IMG/VR virus record: IMGVR_UViG_3300020045_006155
Location: 1 to 36,506 of that record
Source of the DNA: a virus
Lineage: Duplodnaviria; Caudoviricetes
Reading direction: 5' to 3' (one strand)
Length of the DNA: 36,506 bases
Part shown: one piece after another, positions 1 through 7,467 of the stretch
How the letters are laid out: every line of letters starts with the position of its first letter
Position numbering within the stretch: position 1 is the stretch's first letter
Notes under the pieces: generated by a model
Database searches by the model: none
Told to the model about the DNA's origin: nothing
The model's input: only the letters and a program-made list of their open reading frames with translations
Translations under genes and position numbers: made by a program

Positions 1-30
1 TTTATCCTGAAGGAGATACACAGCTTTGCG

Positions 31-674
31 TTATACACCATCAAACAGCGTTCTTTGCGCTGTCGATAATTCAAACCGTTTCTTTGCTGCATTGTAGTAA
101 TCATCGTCAATTTCACAGCCCACAAAATCAACACCGAAGTAATGCGCGGCTATGGCGCTTGATCCACTGCCCAGGTGCGTGTCTAAAATACGCTGTCCGG
201 GCTTGGCATAGTTGTGCAGTAGCCAGTCGTAGAGTTTTACGGGTTTTTGGGTGGGATGTATTGTTCTGTCTTTTAAAAGCTCAACCCTGTTATAAGTCAC
301 TTGCCGTGTTGGTTTATTGAATGAACTGTAAGCAAGTTCACCATCGCTCATCGTTAAACCTTCCTGGCCTTTAAACCAAAATATCCATCCTTTCGACGGT
401 TTTGTTAAATGCTCAACAAAGTAATTGCCCCAAATATTATTTGGTTATTACTGACCCTGGCCAATTCGTTAAAATATTCCTTAGTAGGTATGCAATTATC
501 CCATTCTTTTCTTTCGTGATGCTTCCTATTGTGCTTTGGGTTTCTGTTCTTTAATTGCTGTTTTTGTCCATCAATTCCAAGTCCGTAAGGCGGATCAACA
601 ATCGCCAAATCAAAAGCCTTATCCGGCAATGTTGCCATATACTCCATGCAATCTATGTTTAGCAACTCAATCAT
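31..674 (-). pseudogene. N4-cytosine/N6-adenine DNA methyltransferase (beta-type motif order) split by a 1-nt frameshift
   Basis: ORF 405..674 has DPPY; ORF 31..351 has HPTQKP and LDTHLGSGS. Adding one G to the G4 run (+ strand cccc 428-431) restores a single frame ...IIFGGNYFVEHLTKPSKGWIFWFKGQEGLTMSDGELA... Confidence 0.8.
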
Positions 675-742
675 TAAAACCTAACTGTGTTTCTGTTTTT
701 TCCATAGCATTATTGATTATTTTGGTAGGTGCCTAATTCTAG

Positions 743-988
743 TTATGCGACTACTGGCCTAATAGTATTTATATACGCATCATATCCTTTGTTAATTGTT
801 ACGACCCCTTTTTCAGTACGGATTATAAAATCAATTCCATCATGATCAAGTACCCCTTTTGTTGGCCCCACCCACATGTTAGGATTTTCTACGCTAAAAT
901 ACACATTAGTGCCTATTGCGATTGCTCCATATGCGTTGTGCATAACAGTGCGCTCAACCGGAGCGCGGTCGTTTGGTTCTTTGTTCAT
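743..988 (-). CDS. Hypothetical cassette protein (MNKEPNDRAPVERTVMHNAYG...)
   Basis: 3' part of ORF 743..1150; ATG at 988 is preceded by GGAG inside attC 940-1028; stop TAA lies in GTTATGC at 742-748. Confidence 0.65.
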   Translation of the reverse strand: MNKEPNDRAPVERTVMHNAYGAIAIGTNVYFSVENPNMWVGPTKGVLDHDGIDFIIRTEKGVVTINKGYDAYINTIRPVVA

Positions 989-1028
989 ATTGTCTCCTGG
1001 GCCGAGCCCGGTTAGCTTTGCGTTAGGC
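940..1028 (+). mobile_element. attC site (type 1)
   Basis: GCATAAC-agtgcg-CTCAACCGG...CCGGTTAG-ctttgc-GTTAGGC; the extra C in L'' (CTCAAC vs GTTAG) fixes the top strand as +. Confidence 0.88.
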
Positions 1029-1199
1029 ACCAAGTTTTTTGTCACCAATGCGCTTAATAGTTTGCCGAAAACCACACCACTTACACCAAAGCTGTGTATC
1101 TCCTTCAGGATAAATTGGGGGAGCATAATGCCAATTGTAGCGATGGGCAATTCGCATTAATGGCCTGTAAAGCCATCTGTAAAATAGCGTTTTAATCAT
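1023..1199 (-). CDS. Small hypothetical cassette protein (MIKTLFYRW..., CxxC)
   Basis: Part of ORF 1023..1247; stop codon falls in R' of attC 940-1028; the frame is open back into attC 1205-1301. Confidence 0.6.
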   Translation of the reverse strand: MIKTLFYRWLYRPLMRIAHRYNWHYAPPIYPEGDTQLWCKWCGFRQTIKRIGDKKLGA

Positions 1200-1204
1200 G
1201 TGTT

Positions 1205-1301
1205 GTATAACTCTTAGTTCAAGCGGACAAGCCGCCATGTAGCGCATTTGCGCGGTTAAAGTTCAGTGTGTGGCGGCTTTCCGCTTAACACGGCGTTAGC
1301 G
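1205..1301 (+). mobile_element. attC site (type 2)
   Basis: GTATAAC-tcttag-TTCAAGCGG...CCGCTTAA-cacggc-GTTAGCG; same box layout as classical aadA-type attC. Confidence 0.9.
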
Positions 1302-1803
1302 CATCAACACCGCTCACCATCCCGGTCTGTGGCGTATATACCGCGCTCGGCGCATACCCGCCTTGTGCCACGCGCAGCCAGCCCTCGTAACTAGCACCTT
1401 CGTTGCCAAATGCACTTGCGTTGTTGTCCGTCAACCACCGCGCCAGTTCTTCAGCCGTCTCAAAAGCGGGGCTTATTGGCGTGCCTTCACTGGTGTTCTC
1501 GTACAGCATAAGGTGCGTTCGCTGTTCTGCCGGCCAGTCTGGCATGTAGTCGTCGCGGTGCGGGCGCTGGCCTGCCCACTGCTCGTAGCACATTGCGCGG
1601 CTCTCCGCATCGTCGCAGTAGTCGGGCCTCCATCCTGCTTTCCACTTGGCGCATTCTTCGTCCCACTCATCCACTCTTGGCTTGTAGTCCTCGCCCGGAT
1701 ACAGCGGCTTGTAGAACTCCCCCATGCTCCCGGTGCGCCAGTCGTGTTTCTGTTCTTTCGGGTGTTGCCAGTTGGCCGGTACGCGCCTTACTTCTCTTCC
1801 CAT
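1285..1803 (-). CDS. Phage-type hypothetical protein, cassette-borne
   Basis: 172-aa GC-rich ORF MGREVRRVP...; reads through R' and stops at TAA in L' of attC 1205-1301. Confidence 0.8.
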   Translation of the reverse strand: MGREVRRVPANWQHPKEQKHDWRTGSMGEFYKPLYPGEDYKPRVDEWDEECAKWKAGWRPDYCDDAESRAMCYEQWAGQRPHRDDYMPDWPAEQRTHLMLYENTSEGTPISPAFETAEELARWLTDNNASAFGNEGASYEGWLRVAQGGYAPSAVYTPQTGMVSGVDALTPC

Positions 1804-1926
1804 CGTCGTCTCTTTAAAATGCTCTCTAAATAATCAATCAACCCGGACGTTCCGAGTTTTCAATTCGTACTTTCTTGGTCATGTGTTATTTCCTATCAGT
1901 TATGCCGAGCTTTGTTTAGGGTAGTC

Positions 1927-1995
1927 GGCTAACCCTACGCTCAAGGTGACGCTTCGCCGCTATCGCGGCTCGCGCACCTTAGCTCTGCGTTATAC
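1927..1995 (+). mobile_element. attC site (short)
   Basis: GGCTAAC-cctacg-CTCAAGGTG...CACCTTAG-ctctgc-GTTATAC with a central GC hairpin. Confidence 0.88.
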
Positions 1996-2619
1996 CCCAA
2001 AGTCCCGGCACTTGATTTTCGTAATAATCCGGTGGCCGTTTCGTGTATTTAGTTCCGTCTTGGGCCTCGCCACAATCCCTTCCGCCTGAAATTCGCCCCA
2101 CGTCGAAATAATCCCGGTCTTCGCCGCTGCGATTGCATCATGCAGCGTTCCTTCCCCGATGATCGGAACTATGTCAACCCCAAGTTTATGCGCCACATCC
2201 TCAACGTCTGCGCGTTGTAGCCACCAGTCGCCCACTTTCACGTCAAACAACACAAAGTCTTGGTCTTGCCGGTAGTTGCCTCCGCCTTTCTGAATCTTCG
2301 CGCCGTAGCCCTCCCCGTAGAGGCAAGCGTCACAACCAAACACATCTTGTATCTTCTCCGCCAATGGTAAAAACTTTTCGTTTAGGCGTGTCACCAGTTG
2401 CGCCGGTATCTGCGCTGAGTCCGTTTTCCCGCCAAATGTAATCCCTCCGCCCTGCGACATCACGCGGATGTTGGTTCCATCGACCTTCTCGGTAAAAACC
2501 CAAGTGTTTCCGGCAAGGAATTCAAACTCTGGAAGTGTCCATTGACCTTCCAAAAGCGTCTTTCCGTTGTGCTCCATATCGCGTTTAAAAAGCGTTTGTA
2601 TCTTGGGGTACTCTTTCAT
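1990..2619 (-). CDS. ATP-dependent RNA ligase (Rnl2-like adenylation domain only), cassette-borne
   Basis: Nucleotidyltransferase motifs EKVDGTN (I), LYGEGYG (III), FVLFDV (IIIa), EGIVARP (IV), KIK (V); stop in R' at 1990. Confidence 0.85.
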   Translation of the reverse strand: MKEYPKIQTLFKRDMEHNGKTLLEGQWTLPEFEFLAGNTWVFTEKVDGTNIRVMSQGGGITFGGKTDSAQIPAQLVTRLNEKFLPLAEKIQDVFGCDACLYGEGYGAKIQKGGGNYRQDQDFVLFDVKVGDWWLQRADVEDVAHKLGVDIVPIIGEGTLHDAIAAAKTGIISTWGEFQAEGIVARPKTELNTRNGHRIITKIKCRDFGV

Positions 2620-2644
2620 TTTTTACTCCGTAGTTGGGTTTGTT

Positions 2645-2740
2645 GTATAACTCTTAGTTCAAGCGGACAAGCCGCATTTAGCGCATGTGCGCGGTTAAAG
2701 TTCTTCGTGTGGCGGCTTCCCGCTTAACACGGCGTTAGGC
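2645..2740 (+). mobile_element. attC site (type 2, near copy of 1205-1301)
   Basis: GTATAACTCTTAGTTCAAGCGGACAAGCCGC...GCGGCTTCCCGCTTAACACGGCGTTAGGC. Confidence 0.9.
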
Positions 2741-2953
2741 CGCACATTGAAAACATCTGGTTACTATCCCAACAAATACACCGCGCGCTATATTTGCCGT
2801 CGATTTTCTATTCCGCTTTTGGATGCTGCAAGACCTCCAAAACTTTAGTTTTCTGGCAGTACGTGCAACACTCCAAAAAACACGGTCAATTTCCTTCGCA
2901 GATGTTTTTAATGTGCGGCCTAACCCATCATTCAACGCGACGCCGTTGAGCAT
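2735..2953 (-). CDS. Small basic hypothetical cassette ORF starting inside attC
   Basis: 72-aa ORF; N-terminus MLNGVALNDGLG is the antisense reading of attC 2918-3005; stop in R' at 2735. Confidence 0.4.
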   Translation of the reverse strand: MLNGVALNDGLGRTLKTSAKEIDRVFWSVARTARKLKFWRSCSIQKRNRKSTANIARGVFVGIVTRCFQCAA

Positions 2954-3005
2954 CGCGGTATTGTTTAAAATTCATCGCACGGCGCCCGCTTAACAGGCGT
3001 TAGCA
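2918..3005 (+). mobile_element. attC site (type 3)
   Basis: GCCTAAC-ccatca-TTCAACGCG...CGCTTAA-caggc-GTTAGCA; centre gtattgtttaaaat is shared with 19574-19658. Confidence 0.8.
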
Positions 3006-3202
3006 CTCATGGCTTCAGCATCACCCACCATCTGCCCGATCTTCCACGGCCCGATGTTCGCGCCGAAGAAGAGTTTTTCTGCGGGTATCGGTTCTTTTGC
3101 TAACGGCGGCAGCAATTGAAACTGGTAGTGGCAAAGCAGTTTTCCAGATTGCCAGCATTCCCGCGCCATTGTTGCCGGGTTGTCATAGATGCAAACTGCC
3201 AT
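2990..3202 (-). CDS. Hypothetical cassette protein (MAVCIYDNPATMARECWQ...)
   Basis: Part of ORF 2990..3238; stops in L' of attC 2918-3005. Confidence 0.6.
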   Translation of the reverse strand: MAVCIYDNPATMARECWQSGKLLCHYQFQLLPPLAKEPIPAEKLFFGANIGPWKIGQMVGDAEAMSANAC

Positions 3203-3205
3203 GAT

Positions 3206-3250
3206 TTTTAACTTCACATTCCCCGACTTCGGAGGCAATTTGCGTTACAC
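3206..3250 (+). mobile_element. Collapsed/degenerate attC
   Basis: TTTTAAC...GTTACAC only 45 bp apart; the flank left of AAC is partly complementary to the cassette start at 2999 (tcatggc...gcatc). Confidence 0.5.
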
Positions 3251-3481
3251 GGCTTCAATGTATATTTCAATGCTAAATCCATCGCCATGATACTCAAGCT
3301 GCACAGCAGATGATGAACATGGCACTGCTTGCCAGTTGTAACAAGGTAACAATGAGGCAATTTCTTTTGCCTTTAATACTGCCATTTTGTTGATTGGAAC
3401 GCCGTCATAGCCATCCCAGCGCCTGGGAAGATTTAAAAAGCTATCTAGTCTGTCATTAATGGAATTTATTTCGATATTCAT
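3245..3481 (-). CDS. Hypothetical protein (MNIEINSIND...WDGYDG)
   Basis: Part of ORF 3245..3532; GGAG precedes ATG 3481; stop in GTTACAC. Confidence 0.65.
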   Translation of the reverse strand: MNIEINSINDRLDSFLNLPRRWDGYDGVPINKMAVLKAKEIASLLPCYNWQAVPCSSSAVQLEYHGDGFSIEIYIEAV

Positions 3482-3560
3482 TACAAATATGCTCCTGTAT
3501 TTGTTTTTAGATACATTTAGACAATTACGCAATGTTTTACGACTATTAGGATGGCTAATT

Positions 3561-3755
3561 CTAGTTATGTTTCACAAGCCCGCAGCTAAATTCTGGCTTT
3601 ATTCCATTTTGCGGTTCAAATGCACCGTGCTTATCTACGCAAGACTTGCAGCGCGTTATCTCACGGTCAGGCGTTGGCGGGTATCCTGAGTAAACCATTT
3701 TCCATGCGCTACCCGGCGCATGGTTGTGAAACTTTCCGCAACAATCGCAATTCAT
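3561..3755 (-). CDS. Small Cys-rich (Zn-binding-like) cassette protein
   Basis: 64 aa with CDCC...CKSC; GGAG RBS; bounded by 12-bp complementary cassette ends. Confidence 0.7.
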   Translation of the reverse strand: MNCDCCGKFHNHAPGSAWKMVYSGYPPTPDREITRCKSCVDKHGAFEPQNGIKPEFSCGLVKHN

Positions 3756-3774
3756 GGTATCTCCGTATCGTGAA

Positions 3775-3865
3775 ACATAACTTTCCGCTCAAGCGGGACG
3801 CGGTGAACGGCATGGTTTTTCAATCGGAGCTTGGGAGCGCCGCGCCCCTTAGCTCCACGTTAGAA
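3775..3865 (+). mobile_element. attC site
   Basis: ACATAAC-tttccg-CTCAAGCGGGACGCGG...CCGCGCCCCTTAG-ctccac-GTTAGAA. Confidence 0.88.
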
Positions 3866-3898
3866 CTCATCCCGTTAGGGCTGCCCATCACTTCCACG

Positions 3899-4150
3899 TT
3901 AGTCATAAACAACTTCTATCGTTATTTTCACTTTTTTATACAAAATATTTGACATCGCCATGATATCGTGCCTAGCAAATCCGGTGAGTTTTATAAAAAC
4001 TTGTGGGCGTATCTCTACTAGCAATCCTCTTTCAAATTCTTCTAAATCTCCCATTTCAACAACACTTCCAGAATATTCCATAATGTATAATCCGTCATTC
4101 AACGTAGACCCGCCGACCTGCGGCGGTTTCGTAGTTTCGCTTGTGTTCAT
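3899..4150 (-). CDS. Hypothetical cassette protein (MNTSETTKPPQVGGSTLNDGLY...)
   Basis: Part of ORF 3899..4186; GAGG RBS and ATG 4150 lie inside attC 4085-4203; stop in GTTAGTC at 3898. Confidence 0.65.
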   Translation of the reverse strand: MNTSETTKPPQVGGSTLNDGLYIMEYSGSVVEMGDLEEFERGLLVEIRPQVFIKLTGFARHDIMAMSNILYKKVKITIEVVYD

Positions 4151-4203
4151 AATTCCTCGCTTTGTTAAATGGCCGTGCCGCGCCAATTACCAGGGTGTTA
4201 TAC
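4085..4203 (+). mobile_element. Degenerate attC site
   Basis: GTATAAT(AAC>AAT)-ccgtca-TTCAACG...GTTATAC; right arm is poorly paired. Confidence 0.6.
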
Positions 4204-4383
4204 ACCAAGATTCCTAGCTAATTGCCTACATAGGCTGCTTGCTTCGCAGATACGAGAATAGACATCATGTAGAAGGTGGGCCATGCATTGATATTTGTCT
4301 AATTCCGGTAAGTTTAATTTTCCTGACAACATTAATAAAATTTTTCTATCTTCTGGATTTAAGTTTTCATGCCACATATTCAT
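4198..4383 (-). CDS. Hypothetical protein, paralogue of 19653..19838
   Basis: MNMWHENLNPEDRKI... conserved in both copies with mostly synonymous changes. Confidence 0.75.
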   Translation of the reverse strand: MNMWHENLNPEDRKILLMLSGKLNLPELDKYQCMAHLLHDVYSRICEASSLCRQLARNLGV

Positions 4384-4565
4384 AAATTCATATCCTTAAG
4401 AGATTTTCTTATTAATGGCGCTATTTCATCCCACAAATCAACGTTAACTAGCATTTTAATGCTGACATTGGCGGCCATACTATCAAACATTTCAACAACA
4501 AATAGCAAGTCCATTGTATCATCGTCAATACACTCAAACCGCGTTGGATATATTTTAGTGCTCAT
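4380..4565 (-). CDS. Hypothetical protein, paralogue of 19835..20020
   Basis: YPxRFEC...VNVxLWDEIAPLIR conserved in both copies; 4-bp overlap with the next gene. Confidence 0.75.
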   Translation of the reverse strand: MSTKIYPTRFECIDDDTMDLLFVVEMFDSMAANVSIKMLVNVDLWDEIAPLIRKSLKDMNL

Positions 4566-4626
4566 TGTAATACCACAATTTTGATAATGTAGCTGGCCGC
4601 AAAATAGCCAGCTACGATAAAAAACT

Positions 4627-6249
4627 TTAATAATAATAATAAAAAAATGGCACTGTCACATTGGTGCAAAATAATTCATCCGGGGTTCCAGCTAATCCAT
4701 AGCTGACCGTGAAACCGGCCAGTTGACAGGCTTTTGCTGCTTCGGAAATGACTTGTGGAGGAAAATTAGCAGGACTCCATCGACATGTTGAAGGCCAGCA
4801 CCACGCCAATGTTTTAGGCGGCTCAACTGGAGCCGTACAAACATCAGTGAGTAATTTATTTAACGCAGCAACCGGCTGAATAACGCCACACCTCGCATTG
4901 ACATAACTGTTCTGATTATTAATAACCCAATTAGCTATATTCAACCCGGTGTCAGGAAGGTTAGTTGAGAACACAGGTAATTTAACGGCGGTATCACAAA
5001 GCGCTTTTTTGATTTGATCCGGTGTTGCATGAATTTTTCCTCCTGATTTTAACCGGCACTGATCCTGTAAAATACTCTGAATGGCGTTGCCCTTGTTAGC
5101 TGCCTGTGATGACCCACCGTATTTACCGTCAGCATAAGCGACGGAATCCTGGGATTCACTGTAAAAAACGGGCATATTAGGGTTGCCATCAACGATACTG
5201 ATGCTGCCATCGGCATTAACGACCGGCCTGCTACCGTCCTGAGGGATTACCAGATCAGGGCCATCGGGGCCGTAGCTGGTCGTTTGCTGATAGCCATACA
5301 GGTATTTTTTAACTGCTCCGTAAGTGATGATATTGTCGTCATATGTGTTTGTATCAGCCTTTTGTTTGTTTTTATTGCCGATGGCTTGCGCAATAACGAT
5401 ACCCTTGTCATGGGCTCGTTTAAACGCATTCTTCTCTTTAGCGGATTTGGAGTGATAGTTACCAAACGGTCTACCTATACTGCACTCATCCGCTAGGGTG
5501 CATTTGTCTATAATATCGTTCATGGCCTTCATAGATAGGGCGTGTAGGACATCTTCACCCGAAATTTGCGTTACTTCGAGTCCGATTTTGCCGTAGGATA
5601 ACGACGCGATAGCATTAACCCCCATAGTGCCGTGACTGGTGGTTGTTAATTCGTTAGTGAATTGCAGCGGGGCCTCATTATCAACAAAACTTTTTGCAAT
5701 GATTTTATCGAAATAGCCCGGCAATAATTGATTTTGCCAAACCACAGAGTCAATGGTGTACGCAATGGGTTTTTTATCGTCTGTGGGTAGCAACTTGCTT
5801 TGCAATTCCGTGTAATTAACGCTTGAACCTAGGCCTTTCAAATCATACGGGCCAACTAATGAAAATGTTTTATCATCTTCATCGATGCTATCGAATACCA
5901 GACATGGGGCATTTTCCTCAATAAATAATTTCGCCATAAACAAAACCATATCAAATATGTCATCTTCAATCTCGTCATGAACTGTTGGTAAATTTCGATA
6001 GTATTTTATTGGTGTTGACCATACCTCCAGCTGTGTCCATTGATTTCTGTCCAGATAGAGAATATCTCCGACATAAGGATCAGTGTCAGCCGATATGACA
6101 TACATCCCTTCGGAATTGGCCTGAGTATTAAACTCCTCAGTGGTACAGTTAGGGGCTTTAACGACCCTGATACCGTCAACATTAGCGGCATTAGCATTAG
6201 TGTGAGCGGTTATTGATACCAGCGCTATTAACGCTATTAGTGTTTTCAT
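4627..6249 (-). CDS. Secreted subtilisin-like (S8) serine peptidase, divergent
   Basis: Signal peptide MKTLIALIALVSITAHTNANA; ordered S8 motifs YTIDS (Asp), SHGTMG (His), AIGN (oxyanion Asn), GGSSQAA (Ser); Cys-rich C-terminal tail. Confidence 0.75.
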   Translation of the reverse strand: MKTLIALIALVSITAHTNANAANVDGIRVVKAPNCTTEEFNTQANSEGMYVISADTDPYVGDILYLDRNQWTQLEVWSTPIKYYRNLPTVHDEIEDDIFDMVLFMAKLFIEENAPCLVFDSIDEDDKTFSLVGPYDLKGLGSSVNYTELQSKLLPTDDKKPIAYTIDSVVWQNQLLPGYFDKIIAKSFVDNEAPLQFTNELTTTSHGTMGVNAIASLSYGKIGLEVTQISGEDVLHALSMKAMNDIIDKCTLADECSIGRPFGNYHSKSAKEKNAFKRAHDKGIVIAQAIGNKNKQKADTNTYDDNIITYGAVKKYLYGYQQTTSYGPDGPDLVIPQDGSRPVVNADGSISIVDGNPNMPVFYSESQDSVAYADGKYGGSSQAANKGNAIQSILQDQCRLKSGGKIHATPDQIKKALCDTAVKLPVFSTNLPDTGLNIANWVINNQNSYVNARCGVIQPVAALNKLLTDVCTAPVEPPKTLAWCWPSTCRWSPANFPPQVISEAAKACQLAGFTVSYGLAGTPDELFCTNVTVPFFYYYY

Positions 6250-6366
6250 GTTTTCTCCGGGGTTGTAAATAGGTATTATTTCTTAAATGACTCTAACTAC
6301 TAACTGCAAAGCGCTTTGGTTTTTGGTAGAGCCATTTAAAAATAAGAACCCGTCTTGTGGGTAATA

Positions 6367-6435
6367 CGGTAATCTCCCGAGCCAAAAGGAGGTAGAACTA
6401 ACTACAAACTCGTGATTACTGACAGTGTTTTTCAG
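6367..6435. repeat. Exact 69-bp direct repeat, second copy 7304-7372
   Basis: cggtaatctcccgagccaaaaggaggtagaactaactacaaactcgtgattactgacagtgtttttcag occurs twice. Confidence 0.95.
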
Positions 6436-6450
6436 GCCGGCGGTGTAAAA

Positions 6451-6586
6451 TGGGACGAGGGGAGGGATTCGAACCGCCAACCTCCGCTATGTAAATTAGA
6501 GTTTCCGTGATCAGCGGCCCCTCTAGGGGTACTTTATTCATGACTATTTCCCCCAGCGGCGCTCTAACCAGTTGAGCTACCCCCGT
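6451..6586 (-). tRNA. tRNA-Val(UAC)-like gene with a 59-nt insertion in the anticodon arm
   Basis: Acceptor ACGGGGG/CCCTCGT plus CCCA; D-arm GCTC-AACTGGTTA-GAGC; stem CCGCT/AGCGG; loop remnant TTTACAT; T-arm GGCGG-TTCGAAT-CCCTC. Confidence 0.7.
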
Positions 6587-6589
6587 AAA

Positions 6590-6982
6590 TTAATGGTGCC
6601 CGTACTTAAAAAAGTATCGTCGGGCACGAAGCCAGATTGGGTTTCCTGTGGCATTCTTAACCCAGAAACCCCATCTACGCTTGGTTTTTCCTGTTACAAC
6701 TATCGTCCAACATCCGTTCGTTTTCACGGTATGTTTGTGTTCCGCTTTCCTAAAACGAACCGTGCCAAAAGACATAAACTCTTCGCCCTGTTCGGTCACA
6801 TCGAAATATGAGCCTTTTATAACAAAACAAACAAAATCCCAAGCGTGATCGTGAAAAGCTCTTGGGTCATCCCCGTAAAACCAATGGTGCAACCGGATCG
6901 AAAAGCTATCGTTACCAACCACCCATCTTTGCAAATACGGTTTGCCTTCCTTGCCTAGTTTCTGTCCCCACACGACTTGCAT
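6590..6982 (-). CDS. Phage cupin-fold protein
   Basis: RLHHW...FHDHAWDF...GSYFD...EHKHTV resembles a metal-binding cupin; GGAG RBS. Confidence 0.65.
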   Translation of the reverse strand: MQVVWGQKLGKEGKPYLQRWVVGNDSFSIRLHHWFYGDDPRAFHDHAWDFVCFVIKGSYFDVTEQGEEFMSFGTVRFRKAEHKHTVKTNGCWTIVVTGKTKRRWGFWVKNATGNPIWLRARRYFFKYGHH

Positions 6983-7001
6983 CGAACATTCTCCAATTTT
7001 G

Positions 7002-7224
7002 TAAAGTAGCCAGGATCCTTGCCGTTAAAGGGCTAACGGTAACACGCTGTGGTTTCCAACCGTCGGGGAGCCCGGTACGCCCACACTAAGCCTTTTCCTA
7101 TATCCCAAGCCCGATGCTGCAATCCCCTGGCACCGTCGTCGCTTAAAGCTCTTTGGCTACTTTAGAAAACTCTACAAGGCTGTAGTAATCAATAGCTTGC
7201 AGCCGTCTCGTAGAGTTTTCTAAA
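7002..7224. ncRNA. Candidate structured non-coding RNA(s)
   Basis: Intergenic; 11-bp closing stem 7002-7012/7154-7164 around a GC-rich core, and a 15-bp stem 7161-7175/7210-7224. Confidence 0.4.
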
Positions 7225-7467
7225 ATAAGCCGCCCTCCGGGGTGCGCTGATCTTACGAGAAGCGTAGAGGGTTTTTCAATCACTGTTCGTCTCGTGAACA
7301 ACTCGGTAATCTCCCGAGCCAAAAGGAGGTAGAACTAACTACAAACTCGTGATTACTGACAGTGTTTTTCAGAAACCCCGCACCTCTGCCTGACATCAGG
7401 GTCTGGGATACGCCCAGCTCGTAGTTCCAAACTATGTTAAATATTCTACTCTCATTTAAGCTGTAGG

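Larger units (their letters stand above)
731..4203. mobile_element. Cassette array A: cluster of attC sites with no integrase in the window (CALIN-like), ORFs antisense to attC
   Basis: Seven full or near-full attC-like palindromes (R''..AAC / L'' / L' / GTT..R') plus degenerate sites, each separating one short minus-strand ORF. Confidence 0.85.
4197..4842. repeat. Diverged duplication of about 650 bp, second copy 19652-20306
   Basis: Both copies start exactly at an R' GTT and contain the same two small ORFs, hairpin and subtilase C-terminus. Confidence 0.95.

Noticed and set aside
940-4203. CRISPR array or REP/BIME repeats
   Set aside because: Repeats are 64-119 bp, heterogeneous, carry attC box architecture and are separated by whole ORFs; DUF2800 is a replication-module Cas4-like nuclease, not part of a cas operon.
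4589-4615. Intrinsic terminator after the subtilase
   Set aside because: The hairpin is real and conserved in the second copy, but no U-tract follows it on either strand, so its function is left unassigned.
6451-6586. tmRNA
   Set aside because: Too short, has a full D-arm, and lacks the alanine acceptor end (GGGGC...UCCACCA) and a tag reading frame.
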